A stretch of 64,000 nt of DNA from Planctomycetota bacterium (GCA_016190175.1 JACPRC010000202.1:11750-75749), one strand, 5' to 3'; shown: positions 38,824-49,151, counted from the first letter of the stretch. Notes: generated from the letters alone by a model not told the origin. Made by a program: numbers and translations.

Positions 38824-40758
38824 GTGCACGGTTTCGGCCTGGTCCTGTCGGTCCTGAAGCGGCGCGCGAAGGCGGGCGCGGCGGCCTTCGTCGTCACGAC
38901 CGCCGCGGGCCTCAGCCTGCTCTGGGTGCTGCCGAAGCAGTATCACGCGACGTTCGAGATCGAGGTGCTCCAGTCCGAGCCGGGCGCAAACGAGATCGAG
39001 CGGGTCAAGAACATGCTCGGCGTCGCCAAGGGCGCCGGCGAGGTCGACGAGTTCTCGACCCTCGTCCGGAGCCACGCCGTCGTGGACTCGGCGCTCGAGA
39101 TGTCGGGGGTCGTCGACCGGGACACGCCGCCCGGGCTGCGGGACTACTACGTGTACAAGCTGCGCAACGACATCACGGTCCAGCGCGAGGGGAGCTCGAA
39201 CGTCGTCCGCATCTTCGTCCCCGCCTCGGATGCCGCGCTGGCCCACGCGCTCGCCCGGGGCCTCATGCACTCGCTCGAAAGCCACGAGAAGGAGTCTCGC
39301 ATCCACCGGCTCCGCGAAAGCCGGGACAACCTCGAGAAACTGCTGCGGGGCGTCGAAAACCGGATCCGCGAGATGCGGCTCATGCGCGACGCGTACGCGA
39401 AGGTCGCCGAGCAGGAGCGGAAGATCGCCGAGACCCAGGCGAAGATCCGGACGATCCGCGACGAGACCCAGCGCGAGATCCTCGTCCTCAAGCGCCAGCG
39501 GGAATCGCTCCTGGAACAGTACACGGCGGACTGGCACGAAGTCCGGGACATCGACGAGAAGCTCGCCTTCCTCACGAGCTTCGACGACCCGAAGGCGAAG
39601 GCGCCGGTCTCGAGCCCGGTCGTCGTGCCCTACCGGGACAAGCGGGACACGTATCTCGTCCTCCTCGACGAGGAGGCGAAGTTCCTGGAGGACTTCGACG
39701 AGATGATCCTCTCCGTGTGGAAGCGATACGCGGTCCACGACTCCGTCGCGGCGGTGGATGAGGAGCTGAAGCGGCTCCTGGAGAACGCGGAGGCGGTTCG
39801 GCGCGACATCACGCGGTACGCGACGGCGATGGAAAGCAGCCCGGCGCGCCACCGGGTGACGAAGCAGCCCGTCCGGCCGGAGTATCCCTCTTCCCCGGAC
39901 AAGCAGAAGGTCATCCTGCTGTCCATCCTCGCGGCGCTGGCGATCGCAGGGCTCGTCGTCTATTCGCTCGAGGGCTTCGACGCGTCGCTCCGGACGCCCG
40001 AGGCCGTGCAGCACTTCGCCAAGGTCGAGTCGCTCGGGACGATCCCGCATATGAACGGGTCCATCCGCAAGCGCGCGGACCATCCGATCGCGTTCGGGAC
40101 CGAGGGCGAGCTCTCGCCGTACATCGAGTCGTTCCGCGCCCTGAAGACGAACGTCCTCTACGCGATCCCGCAGGTCGTGAGCCCCGTCGTGCTCGTCACC
40201 TCCACGGACCGCGAGGAGGGGAAGTCGACGGTGGCGTCCAACCTCGCGCTCGCGTTCGCGGAGGACCGCCGGGTGCTCGTGATCGCGGCGAACCTGCGGC
40301 GGCCGACGATGCACGCGATCCTCGACGCCCCGGACGACGCCGGGCTCGTGCAGGTGCTCGAGGGAGACCTCCCGTGGACGCAGGCGGTGAGGCCGACGAA
40401 ATACCGGAACCTCTCGGTCATCACGCACGGCCGGATCGCGCCGAACTCGTCGGTGCTCCTCGGGCGCCCCGCGTTCGCGAAGATGCTCGCGGAGGCGCGC
40501 GAGCAGTACGACCTGGTCCTCATCGACTCGCCGCCGATGCTCCTCATCGTGGACGCGGCGATCGTCGCGCCGAAGGCGGACGCGACGGTGCTGGTCTATT
40601 CGCTGGGCGAGACGGAGAAGGAGTCGCTGGCGCGCGCGCTGGCGATCCTCAAGCGCGTGAAGGCGAGCTACGTGGGGATCGCGTCGAACCAGAAGCATCA
40701 GGAGGTGATGGAGCGGCGGCGGAAGCGCTACTACCAGCAGGAGGAGGAGAAGAAGTGA
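38824..40758 (+). CDS. Polysaccharide co-polymerase / BY-kinase (Wzc/EpsG-like tyrosine autokinase with N-terminal chain-length determinant domain)
   Basis: GTG start. N-terminal transmembrane segment, long coiled coil, second transmembrane segment. C-terminal Walker A (VLVTSTDREEGKSTVASNLALAFA), A' (VLVIAANLRRP) and B (LVLIDSPPML). Ends in RRRKRYYQQEEEKK. Confidence 0.7.
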   Translation: MHGFGLVLSVLKRRAKAGAAAFVVTTAAGLSLLWVLPKQYHATFEIEVLQSEPGANEIERVKNMLGVAKGAGEVDEFSTLVRSHAVVDSALEMSGVVDRDTPPGLRDYYVYKLRNDITVQREGSSNVVRIFVPASDAALAHALARGLMHSLESHEKESRIHRLRESRDNLEKLLRGVENRIREMRLMRDAYAKVAEQERKIAETQAKIRTIRDETQREILVLKRQRESLLEQYTADWHEVRDIDEKLAFLTSFDDPKAKAPVSSPVVVPYRDKRDTYLVLLDEEAKFLEDFDEMILSVWKRYAVHDSVAAVDEELKRLLENAEAVRRDITRYATAMESSPARHRVTKQPVRPEYPSSPDKQKVILLSILAALAIAGLVVYSLEGFDASLRTPEAVQHFAKVESLGTIPHMNGSIRKRADHPIAFGTEGELSPYIESFRALKTNVLYAIPQVVSPVVLVTSTDREEGKSTVASNLALAFAEDRRVLVIAANLRRPTMHAILDAPDDAGLVQVLEGDLPWTQAVRPTKYRNLSVITHGRIAPNSSVLLGRPAFAKMLAEAREQYDLVLIDSPPMLLIVDAAIVAPKADATVLVYSLGETEKESLARALAILKRVKASYVGIASNQKHQEVMERRRKRYYQQEEEKK

Positions 40759-41390
40759 CCCCCCTGCGTCGCTTCTTCCTCGCCTTCGCGCTCTCGGCGG
40801 CCGCGCTCGGCGCGATCGTCGCCGTCGCGGGCCCTGCGGTCGACGCGGCGGTGTCGCGGGCGATGGCGTTCTCGGCCGCGGCGGTCCTCGGGGGCCGGGC
40901 GGAGGGCGCGGAGGTTAGGCTGGAGGACCGCGCCGTCACCGTCGGGGCCGGCTGCACCTCGACGCACTTCGCCGCGATCTTCCTGTGCGCGCTGGCGGCG
41001 TGGCCGGCGACCTGGAGGCGGCGGCTCGCGGCGGTCGGAGCGGCGTTCGCGGTCCTCTTTCTCATGGACGTCGTGCGCGTGACCGCGCTGGTGCGGCTCG
41101 CGGGCACGCCCGCCTTCGACGCGGCGCACGTCTTCTCGGGCGCGGGCTACGTGGGCGTGCTGCTTGTCGCGTGGCTGGGTTGGATGCGCTGGTCCGGCCC
41201 GCGCGTGCGCCTCCCCCGCCTTCCGCTCGCGGGCGCCGCGGCGCTGGCGTTCGTGTTTGCGGCGGGCGAGCTCGCGCTCGCGCAGGGACCGCCCCCCCCG
41301 CCGCCGCTCGAAGTTCCGCTCGGCGGCGCGGCCTTCGCGCTGGCGGGCGTCGTCGCGTCCGCGTGGGAGCTCTTGCGGAGGCGGGCATGA
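40755..41390 (+). CDS. Polytopic membrane protein, candidate exosortase/archaeosortase-family (EpsH-like) protein
   Basis: GTGA overlap with the Wzc-like gene. About 7 transmembrane segments. VGAGCTSTHF (candidate active-site Cys) and DVVRVTALVRLAG (Arg motif). Positioned as epsH is after the tyrosine kinase in EPS loci. Short for a canonical exosortase. Confidence 0.4.
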   Translation: MTPLRRFFLAFALSAAALGAIVAVAGPAVDAAVSRAMAFSAAAVLGGRAEGAEVRLEDRAVTVGAGCTSTHFAAIFLCALAAWPATWRRRLAAVGAAFAVLFLMDVVRVTALVRLAGTPAFDAAHVFSGAGYVGVLLVAWLGWMRWSGPRVRLPRLPLAGAAALAFVFAAGELALAQGPPPPPPLEVPLGGAAFALAGVVASAWELLRRRA

Positions 41391-42100
41391 ACGGCGTGCT
41401 CATCGAACCTCCGGCGACGCGCGTGACGCAGGCGGCGCCTGTCTCGCTCTCCAGGTGCGCGCCCGTCGCCCTCCTCCTGCTCGCGACGGTGACGATCGCG
41501 CGACCCGTTCTCGATCCGATCCTCGTGCGCGTCGCCGCCGCGCTGAGCGGGAGCGGCGCCGCGATCGATCCCGCGCATCCGGACACGGTGATCACGCCGC
41601 TGCCCGGCGGGCGCGTCGCCTCGGAGCGGATGGGGTTCCGCTGGGCCGGCGGCTATTTCCTCATTCTGGTCGCCGCGGTGTGGGCGGCGGCCCGGCGACA
41701 TCCCGCCTTCTTCGCGTGTGCCGCGGCCGCGTTCGTGGCGCTCATGGCGGCGCAGATCGCGCTCATCTCGAGCGCCTCGCCGGCGGTGCGCCTCTTCGTG
41801 CGCGCGGCGGTGCCGTATCCCCACATCCTGGCCGGCGCGGCGGCGACGGTGTTCCTCGCACGGGTGCTGCGGCTGCCGTGGGTCGTCGTTCCGCTCTTCC
41901 TGATCGCGGTGCGGTTCCTGCCGGCGGAGGCGTCGGTGTGCCTGCTGCTCTTGGGCGCGGCGGCGGGCTGTCGACCTTCCGGCCTGGATGAGGCATCGAA
42001 GGGCGTCGCAGGAACCTCCGACACTTCAGCGGGCTGGAGCGATGCTCGATCGCGGTCCCGGATTCGCGATCCGCGGCCCTTACGCTCGCGCGACGCGTAG
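41387..42100 (+). CDS. Polytopic membrane protein of unknown function (co-transcribed with the exosortase-like gene)
   Basis: ATGA overlap. MNGVLIEPPATR... followed by about 5 hydrophobic helices. Confidence 0.4.
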   Translation: MNGVLIEPPATRVTQAAPVSLSRCAPVALLLLATVTIARPVLDPILVRVAAALSGSGAAIDPAHPDTVITPLPGGRVASERMGFRWAGGYFLILVAAVWAAARRHPAFFACAAAAFVALMAAQIALISSASPAVRLFVRAAVPYPHILAGAAATVFLARVLRLPWVVVPLFLIAVRFLPAEASVCLLLLGAAAGCRPSGLDEASKGVAGTSDTSAGWSDARSRSRIRDPRPLRSRDA

Positions 42101-42382
42101 GGGACGACGTTCCGTGTTCTCCATGTCCCGCAGGACCCGGGCGACAAAGGCGACGTGCCCCTTGACGGTCCGCTCAATGAGCGAGAGGTTTTCCCGGAAG
42201 GTCGCGGGTCCGCGCCGCAGGTTCGCGTGGAGTCTGCGGGAGAGCCGCTCTCTCTCCTTGTCCCGCCGCCGACAGAGTCGCTGGAAGGACTTGCTGCAAT
42301 AGCGGCGAACTTCCGCGTCGACTTCGGCTTCGCGCATGGCCTGGATGTCGCGTATTCGGCGGAGCGTCGCATTCGCGGTCAT
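42080..42382 (-). CDS. Hypothetical protein
   Basis: MTANATLRRIRDIQAMREAEVDAEVRRYCSKSFQRLCRRRDKERERL..., immediately downstream of the coiled-coil gene. Lower-GC region. Confidence 0.3.
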   Translation of the reverse strand: MTANATLRRIRDIQAMREAEVDAEVRRYCSKSFQRLCRRRDKERERLSRRLHANLRRGPATFRENLSLIERTVKGHVAFVARVLRDMENTERRPLRVARA

Positions 42383-42383
42383 G

Positions 42384-42860
42384 TCACGCCTCGGGAGCGG
42401 CGGGGCACCGCTCCTCGAGCCGGCGGAGACGCTCGCCATGAAGGTCGAGGTTCCTGCCAATCTTCTCGGAAGTGCTCGCCAGGTGATCGAGCGTCTCCGT
42501 GACGCGGCTGATGTCGTCCTTGGTTGCCATCGTCTCGCGCATCCGTGCCGTCTCCTGCTGGAGATCCACGATCGCCCGCGCGTGGGGCTTCAGGGCCTCC
42601 AGGAGGTTCGCCTTGGTGGGGTAGTTTGCGAGCGCGGCCTGGAGGTCCTCCTTGGTGGGGTAGTTTGCGAGCGCGGCCTTGAGATCCTCCCTTAGATCCT
42701 TTCTCAGATCCTTTCTCAGATCCTTCCTGAGATTCTTCCTCAGATCCTTGCTGAAGTCCCCCAGGAGTTCCTTGATCTCCTTCCGGAGACCCTCCCGGAG
42801 TTCCGCCATCTCGCTTCCGAGTTCGGCGCGGGTGACAGGGCGGCCGTTGTTCTTCTCCAC
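42384..42860 (-). CDS. Coiled-coil hypothetical protein with internal 12-bp and 42-bp tandem repeats
   Basis: DLRKNLRKDLRKDLRKDLREDL from agatccttTCtc x about 6. LQAALANYPTKEDLQAALANYPTKANL from an exact 42-bp duplication (ggcctggaggtcctccttggtggggtagtttgcgagcgcggcc). Confidence 0.4.
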   Translation of the reverse strand: MEKNNGRPVTRAELGSEMAELREGLRKEIKELLGDFSKDLRKNLRKDLRKDLRKDLREDLKAALANYPTKEDLQAALANYPTKANLLEALKPHARAIVDLQQETARMRETMATKDDISRVTETLDHLASTSEKIGRNLDLHGERLRRLEERCPAAPEA

Positions 42861-43177
42861 GGCGCGGCATCGTAGGCTCGCGCGGATGCGGCGTCAAGTT
42901 CGAATATGCGTTCAGGCATAGTTGGGCCCCCTGGAAACGCAGAGGACGCCGAGACCGCGGAGAACGGGGCCCCCGCGGGCCCCTGAGCCCCCCCCTCTCG
43001 TCCTTGGCGGCTCTCTCGGCGGGCTTCGCGGCCTCTGCGTTGAATTTCTCCCGGCGGACACCTCAACGCTTACAAGTTCGATTTCGCGTCCCGCTGCGTT
43101 CCGTCGGGGTTATACTTCATGCATCGCGAGAAACAGGGGTGGGGAGCGCCGCGCCCGCACGAATCGGAGGGAAGACC

Positions 43178-46099
43178 ATGTCCAACTACGCTCGCTGCCT
43201 GATCGCCGTCGCGGTCCTGTGCGTCGCGCCGCCCGCGGGAGCCGCGCAGGAGGGCAGCGACGACGTCTTCGTGAGGACGAAGAACTCGGCCGCCGCGGAC
43301 ACGGCGCGGCTGCGCGTGACGCGTTCGACCGCGGCGCCGGACATCGGGGGCGTGTACGTCGACAACGCGCGTCTGCGGCTGGGGTCGGCGGGGTATCTCA
43401 ACATCGCCTCATCGGCGGCCGCGACGCCGGTGGCGGGGGACGTGATGTACAACGCCGGCACGCTCCAGTACTACGACGGCGCGTGGAAGACGGTGGCGGT
43501 GGCGAGCCCGTCGGGGGCGTACGCCTGGTTCGCGCCGTCGAGCGCGCAGACGGACTCGAGCGCGAACGCGAGCATTTTCATCAACGACACCGCGGGGGGA
43601 AACCTGCTGCAACTTCAGTCCGGAGGAACCAACCGCCTCGTCGTTGGGAATGCAGGGGACGCCTCGGTCACCTACACGGCGAACCCCGCGATCGCGTCGA
43701 CCAACACGGGCCTCGCGGTTGCGATGATCGACGTCACCTCGACGCTGGCGAACACGAACCGCGGAATCTCGGGAACCGCGACCGACACGACGGTGGTGAC
43801 GACCGCGATCACCAAGACGACGCAGGGAGGCTATTTTTCGGCGAGCAAAACGGGCGCGTCGACGGCGGGGGCCTTCAACACATACGGCGTCTATGCAAGC
43901 GCGACGGGGGACGCGAACGGCGTCTCGACCGCGTACGGGATCTACGCGACGGCGAGCGGGGCGGATACGAACTGGGCGGGGTACTTCAGCGGGGCCGTCC
44001 GCGTCACCGGTCGCCTGCAGTACGGCAGCAGCGAGTATCTCGAAGATGGAGGGGCCAACACAACGACATTCGGCTTGACGAGCATCGTTCCATCGGCGGA
44101 TGCCTCGTACAGTCTCGGAGGGACGGCCAGTCGCTGGGCAAACCTGTATTTGAGCGGCGACGTCCTGACCAGCACGGGTTCCATCCGATATGTGCAGAAC
44201 CAAACCGCGGCCCTGCAAGCGGCGAGTTTCCGTGTCAGCGGAAGCGCGGAGGTCGACGGAACCGCGACGCCGCAGTTTCGTGCCGCGACGTCCAGCTCGA
44301 CGGCAGGGGCAACCGCGTTCCTAGGCTATGCGTCAAGTAGCACGGCCGGGACCGGATACGGATTGAACCAGTCCATCGCCGCCGTGAAGGGGGATCTCTG
44401 GTGGGGTGTCGCATATCACTTCGCCGTGGCCGGCTATCGGTATGACGATTCGGGCGGCCCGTCGGCCGGCGTCTTCGGCGCGGCGAGCAGAACCGACAAC
44501 CCGACCACTTGGGGAGCCCTCGGTTATCAGGACGGCGCCTCCGCCCAGTACGGCGTCTACGCGAGTTCGACCGCCAACAGCGACACGGCCTACGGATACC
44601 GCGGATACGCGAGCAGCAGCAGCGCCAAGCCGGCCTACGGACTCTGGTCGTCGGGCACAAACAGCAGCACCGGATTGGCCTACGGGACCTACTCCACCGC
44701 GGGCGCAAGCACCGGAGGCGCCTACGGAACGCTATCCACCGCAAGCGGGCCATGGGCCTATGGAACGTACTCCAGTGCAAGCACGTCTACCAGCACCGCC
44801 TTCGGAGCATACGGGTATGCCTACAGCGCGAGCGCGGGCGCGTATGGACTCTACGGCTACGGCTATTCCGGCTCGGCGACTTCGTCGGCGTACGGCCTTC
44901 GAACCTACGCGTTCAACAGCAGCGCGGGCACCTCATACGGGCTGTACTCCTCCGCGACCACAAGCAATACCTACGAAGTCGCCGCAGGCACGGGCGGAGG
45001 CACCTGGGGCGACGCCGCGACATGCAGCGGAGACAGCTACAACACGGGCTTCGACGATGCGAAGAGTCAGAGCATCTATCTCGCCTCCGACCTCACCGCA
45101 ATCGGCATGAGCGCCGGCACCATCACTTCGATCCAGTTGCGCTGCCGTCAGACCCCGGGGACCACCCTTTCCAACATCCGCATACGCATGAAGTTGACTA
45201 CCGATGCTACCCTGTCCGCCTTGGACAACACCGGACTCACCCTTGTGTACGGGCCGTTTTCCGTCTCGCCTTCCGCCGGGTTCTGGTGGAGCTTCGGCAC
45301 GTCGTTCTATTGGGACGGCACATCCAATCTCCTGATCGAGATCACGAGGGACGGCGCCTCGAGCGCGGCCAACGGCGGCATGTATGTGCGTACGGGCCTC
45401 GCCGCCGGACGCACGTGGGCCGGGTACGAGAACGCCGGGACGTATTCGGATACCTGGGCGATCGCCAATCAAGCGGGCTATGCCTTTGTCCCGGAAATGA
45501 GGTTCACCATGAGCGGGGTCGGCACCGCCTACGCCGGTTACTTCTCGGGCGACGTCACCGTGACGGGGACCCTCTCCAAGGGCGGCGGCACCTTCCTCAT
45601 AGACCATCCGCTCGACCCGACGAACAGGATCCTGCGCCATTCGTTCGTCGAAAGCCCGGAGATGATGAACATCTACAAGGGCCGCGCGAGGCTCGGCGGC
45701 GGCCGCGCCGTCATCGAACTTCCCCCCTACTTCGATGCGCTGAATGCGCCGGACGGACGGGAGATCTCGTTGACGTGCGTCGGGGGATTCTCGCCGCTGT
45801 ACGTCGACGGTCCGGTCGTGAAGAACCGCTTCACGGTGAGAACCGCGGAAGGCGGGCGGCCCGACCAGGAGTTCTCCTGGATCGTCTACGCCGTGCGCCA
45901 CGACCCCTACGCGCGGGCGCATCCCATCAAGGTCGAGGAGGAGAAAGGACGCGCGAACGGCTTCACGCGCGGGACGTACCTGCACCCGGATGCGTACGGC
46001 GTCGCCGCAGACAAGGCGGACCCGTCCGTTCGGCCGCGGGAAGAGGACCCGAAGGAGGGGCCGCATCCCCCGAACGAGAAGCCGGGAGGGAAGCGGTAG
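43178..46099 (+). CDS. Secreted Gly/Tyr/Ser/Ala/Thr-rich repeat protein (YG-repeat; fibre-like), function unknown
   Basis: ggaggg SD, signal peptide MSNYARCLIAVAVLCVAPPAGAAQ. Dozens of xYGxYxSA-type repeats. Distinct C-terminal about 150-aa domain (HPLDPTNRILRHSFVESPEMMNIYKGRARLGGGRAVIELP...). Confidence 0.55.
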   Translation: MSNYARCLIAVAVLCVAPPAGAAQEGSDDVFVRTKNSAAADTARLRVTRSTAAPDIGGVYVDNARLRLGSAGYLNIASSAAATPVAGDVMYNAGTLQYYDGAWKTVAVASPSGAYAWFAPSSAQTDSSANASIFINDTAGGNLLQLQSGGTNRLVVGNAGDASVTYTANPAIASTNTGLAVAMIDVTSTLANTNRGISGTATDTTVVTTAITKTTQGGYFSASKTGASTAGAFNTYGVYASATGDANGVSTAYGIYATASGADTNWAGYFSGAVRVTGRLQYGSSEYLEDGGANTTTFGLTSIVPSADASYSLGGTASRWANLYLSGDVLTSTGSIRYVQNQTAALQAASFRVSGSAEVDGTATPQFRAATSSSTAGATAFLGYASSSTAGTGYGLNQSIAAVKGDLWWGVAYHFAVAGYRYDDSGGPSAGVFGAASRTDNPTTWGALGYQDGASAQYGVYASSTANSDTAYGYRGYASSSSAKPAYGLWSSGTNSSTGLAYGTYSTAGASTGGAYGTLSTASGPWAYGTYSSASTSTSTAFGAYGYAYSASAGAYGLYGYGYSGSATSSAYGLRTYAFNSSAGTSYGLYSSATTSNTYEVAAGTGGGTWGDAATCSGDSYNTGFDDAKSQSIYLASDLTAIGMSAGTITSIQLRCRQTPGTTLSNIRIRMKLTTDATLSALDNTGLTLVYGPFSVSPSAGFWWSFGTSFYWDGTSNLLIEITRDGASSAANGGMYVRTGLAAGRTWAGYENAGTYSDTWAIANQAGYAFVPEMRFTMSGVGTAYAGYFSGDVTVTGTLSKGGGTFLIDHPLDPTNRILRHSFVESPEMMNIYKGRARLGGGRAVIELPPYFDALNAPDGREISLTCVGGFSPLYVDGPVVKNRFTVRTAEGGRPDQEFSWIVYAVRHDPYARAHPIKVEEEKGRANGFTRGTYLHPDAYGVAADKADPSVRPREEDPKEGPHPPNEKPGGKR

Positions 46100-46545
46100 C
46101 GGCGATCCCGCCGCGAGCTGCTCGTGGCTTCAGGACGGATTCCACCTCCTCATGGTAACGCCCGTGGGCCCCTGCGGCTGGCTTCGAGGTCGCGGAGACG
46201 AACGGCCGCACCGACGTGGAGTTCTCCTACATCGCGGTCGGGCGCCGCGTGGACGCCGGCGGCCGCCCGGCGCTCCCCGAGGCCATCGCCGCTCGGGACT
46301 TCGACGACAACCTGAAGGGCGTGACGTTCAACGAGAACAACCTCGAGCAGAGCGCGACGCCGATCTGGTGGGACGGGACGAAGCTGCGGTTCGACCAGGC
46401 GCCCGAACCGGCGTCGAGGGAGAAGAAGCAGGAACCTGAGCGTCCGCAACCCGGCCTCCGCACACGGCGCGCGCCGCCGGCGCGGAGCGGAACCGGGCTC
46501 TCTTTGATCTTCTCTCCCCCGCTTTCCACACGATATACTGAATCC

Positions 46546-46968
46546 ATGTTCGCACGCCCTCCCGCAAGGCCGTCTCTCGAGGCCGTGCGCAGCGCGGTCG
46601 AGTCCCGCGCCCCGCGCTACGGCCTGCGGCTCGCCGTCCTCTTCGGCTCCGCGGCTTCCGGCTCGGCCACGGAGCGGTCGGACCTGGATCTCGCCGTGCT
46701 TGCGGACGGCCCCATCGACTCGGACGGCCTCTACGGCGAACTCGCGGACGGTCTTGCGTACGATGCCGTCGACGTCGTGGACCTCTTCACCGCCTCGCCG
46801 CTGCTGGCCTTCAACGCGCTCCGCCGGTGCCGAGTCCTCTTCGAGGACCGTCCGGGTCGCTATCGCTCCTGCGCGTGCCTCGCCGCGCGGATGGCGGCCG
46901 ACACGGCGTGGCTCGACAAGTTCAAGGACGCCTACATCGGCCGCGTCCTGGAGAGGCTCCGCCCATGA
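46546..46968 (+). CDS. mntA: Nucleotidyltransferase-fold antitoxin (MntA-like)
   Basis: LAVLFGSAASGSATERSDLDLAV: a minimal NTase GS..D.D motif. ATGA overlap with the downstream HEPN gene. Confidence 0.65.
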   Translation: MFARPPARPSLEAVRSAVESRAPRYGLRLAVLFGSAASGSATERSDLDLAVLADGPIDSDGLYGELADGLAYDAVDVVDLFTASPLLAFNALRRCRVLFEDRPGRYRSCACLAARMAADTAWLDKFKDAYIGRVLERLRP

Positions 46969-47399
46969 GTCCGGTCGACCCGCGCACGATCCGCGACAAG
47001 CTCGCCCGGATGGCGAAGGAGCTGGACTTTCTGGCGGAGTACCGCGCCATCACGATCGAGGCGTACGTCGCGGACGGGAGGGCGCGCCGGGCGGCCGAGC
47101 GCGCGCTGGAGGTCATCATCGAAGCCGCGGTGGACATCAACCAGCACGTCGTCGTCGAGAGGGGTCTTCCGCCGCCGGGCGACTACCGTTCCAGCTTCGC
47201 CGAGGCGGCCCGGGCGGGGCTCATGGATCCGTCCCTGGCCGCCGCCCTGGCGCCCTCCGTCGGGCTCCGCCATCGGCTCGTCCACGAATACGCCGCGGTG
47301 GACGATCGCAAGGTCTTCGATGCGATCCACGAGGCGCTGCGGCTGTACGCGCAGTACGTCGCGCAAGTGCGGGAGTTCCTCGGGCAGGCCGGCGCGTAG
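46965..47399 (+). CDS. hepT: HEPN-domain toxin (HepT/DUF86-like)
   Basis: ...LRHRLVHEYAAVDDRKVF: R-x4-HxY HEPN motif. Size and pairing with the upstream NTase. Confidence 0.65.
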   Translation: MSPVDPRTIRDKLARMAKELDFLAEYRAITIEAYVADGRARRAAERALEVIIEAAVDINQHVVVERGLPPPGDYRSSFAEAARAGLMDPSLAAALAPSVGLRHRLVHEYAAVDDRKVFDAIHEALRLYAQYVAQVREFLGQAGA

Positions 47400-47611
47400 T
47401 TCCAAGGGGCGGCCTCGCCGGCTCGTCGCGGCCATGCCCGGAAACAGATCTCGGGTGCGATGATGACATTCACCGACCCCAGGGCGATGCGTCGTGTCAA
47501 GTGGTCGGAAGAGAAGCCGCAACGGCGAGCGAGTCGTCGTAGGGGGCGAAGGACAGCCGCCGATCTCCCGTCTTCATGAAGAGCGCCGACGCGTGGACGC
47601 AGGTGGACGCG

Positions 47612-48205
47612 TCACCGAGTTCCCCACTTCGCGAGAAGCTCCTCGATGCGCGCGGCCGTTCCCTGGATGCCCTGATCCTCCCAAAACCCGGCCCATTGCT
47701 TGAGGTAGGCGGCATCGAGGGTCGGGCCCATCCGGCGGAAGACCGCCTCAACGTCAAGCACGTCCTGGAGTCGTTGCGGGTTCGTCAGGGCGGAGATCGT
47801 CTTGTAGACGACGAGGTCTTCAGGCGATGCGATCTTCACCCGCCGTCCGAACAGCTCTACGTCGCGCCGGCGCTCGAAGGCGCTCCGATCGAAAGGCGAG
47901 TCGCCGAGCGTGACGTCGATGTGCCACGGCGAGTCTCTCGATTGCAGGGGGATGCGCGACCACCCGACAACCTGGATCTGCTGGATACAGAGGTCTTCTT
48001 CAACGCGGAATCCGTTCCGAGCGGCCGCGCGCAGAAAGCGGGGGAACTCCCGCTCATGGATGAAAAGGACGACGTCGACGTCCTCCGTGAAGCGGGGCTC
48101 TCCCCACACTCCGGCCGCGATCCCGCCGTAGAGCATGTAGTCCGAGCCCGCGTCGATGAGGGAGTCGATGGCCGCTCTGAAAAGGGCCTCGAGGCTATAG
48201 GACAT
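47612..48205 (-). CDS. Nucleotidyltransferase-family protein (Pol-beta superfamily; possible AbiEii-like toxin)
   Basis: YMLYGGIAAGVWGEPRFTEDVDVVLFI (GG...D.D). Confidence 0.45.
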   Translation of the reverse strand: MSYSLEALFRAAIDSLIDAGSDYMLYGGIAAGVWGEPRFTEDVDVVLFIHEREFPRFLRAAARNGFRVEEDLCIQQIQVVGWSRIPLQSRDSPWHIDVTLGDSPFDRSAFERRRDVELFGRRVKIASPEDLVVYKTISALTNPQRLQDVLDVEAVFRRMGPTLDAAYLKQWAGFWEDQGIQGTAARIEELLAKWGTR

Positions 48206-48436
48206 CTATCTCCCCGGCTTGGTGAGGCGTCCAAGGGAGACCTTGCGGGACGTGCCGGGCCCATCGCGCGGCGGGCGCGGGGGATAGGGCATGCTCCCGA
48301 GGATGCCCTCGACGAGCTCGACCGCCTGGCGGTGGGTGAGGGAGCGGAGTGCCCTGAGGCGCGCGGCCTCGTTCGCCTCGCCGAGCCGGATCAGCTTGTC
48401 TTTCCAGAGGCCCACGTCCGGATCATAGCACGCCAC
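48206..48436 (-). CDS. Small hypothetical protein directly upstream of the NTase (candidate partner/antitoxin)
   Basis: 76-aa ORF whose stop abuts the NTase start. No recognisable motif. Confidence 0.3.
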   Translation of the reverse strand: MACYDPDVGLWKDKLIRLGEANEAARLRALRSLTHRQAVELVEGILGSMPYPPRPPRDGPGTSRKVSLGRLTKPGR

Positions 48437-48551
48437 CGCAGAGGGGGCAACACGCGGCTGCGCGCTGCGGGCGGGTCATCCTGGATCCGCGGGCACTCCG
48501 GTCGAAGGCGGTCGGGCTGCGCGGTCCGCGGTCGTAGCGCGGCGCCCCCCG

Positions 48552-49151
48552 TCAGATCTCGACGCGGGTGGACGCGTCCTCGCGGTCTTCGACGATGAGG
48601 CGCGGTTTCTCGCCGGCCACGAGCCGGAAAGGGACGGCGAGGATCTCGGAGACGACCCACCCGTCCCGGTCCGCCGCGATCGCGAGGTACTGCGATCCCG
48701 CGAGGCGATAGACCTCGGGTTTCTTGGTGTCGCGATCGACGACGACGACCTCGCGGACGCCGAGAGCGGCGAAGAAAGGGAACTTCTCGTAGGTCTCGTC
48801 TTCGGGCGAGCGGATCTCGATCACCGCGTCCGGTCCGCCTCCGCGGATGCCGTCGGGGGCCATGATCCTCTCGCGCCCGGCCGCGACGAACGTGAGGTCG
48901 GGAATGCGATAGTCGGGCTCGAACGCGGCTTCGTTGAAGACGTTGATGCCCAATCGCAACGTGCCTCTCTTCTTGCCTCTCAGCAGCGCAAGGAGGAACG
49001 CGAACAGTTCGCCCGTCATTCTCTGATGCTCGTCCGCCGGCGCCGGACTCATGTGCAGCACCCCCTCCCACATCTCGTCCCAGCGATCGTGTCCGAGGCG
49101 CTTCCGTCGGGCGATCTCCTGTGGGCTGACTTCCCGCAGCACGGCTTTCAT
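48552..49151 (-). CDS. Uma2-family (DUF820) putative restriction-endonuclease-like protein
   Basis: MKAVLREVSPQEIARRK...GELFAFLLALLRG...YRIPDLTFV...PDAVIEIRSPEDETYEKFPFFAALGVREVVVVD: the Uma2 D...E.K core (M28 of the ORF). Confidence 0.65.
   Translation of the reverse strand: MKAVLREVSPQEIARRKRLGHDRWDEMWEGVLHMSPAPADEHQRMTGELFAFLLALLRGKKRGTLRLGINVFNEAAFEPDYRIPDLTFVAAGRERIMAPDGIRGGGPDAVIEIRSPEDETYEKFPFFAALGVREVVVVDRDTKKPEVYRLAGSQYLAIAADRDGWVVSEILAVPFRLVAGEKPRLIVEDREDASTRVEI

Noticed and set aside
46216-46545. N-terminal 110 codons of ORF 46216..46968 as part of the MntA-like gene
   Set aside because: The NTase domain begins at M111 (46546) with its own upstream AT-rich promoter-like region. 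The upstream portion looks like an unrelated gene remnant.
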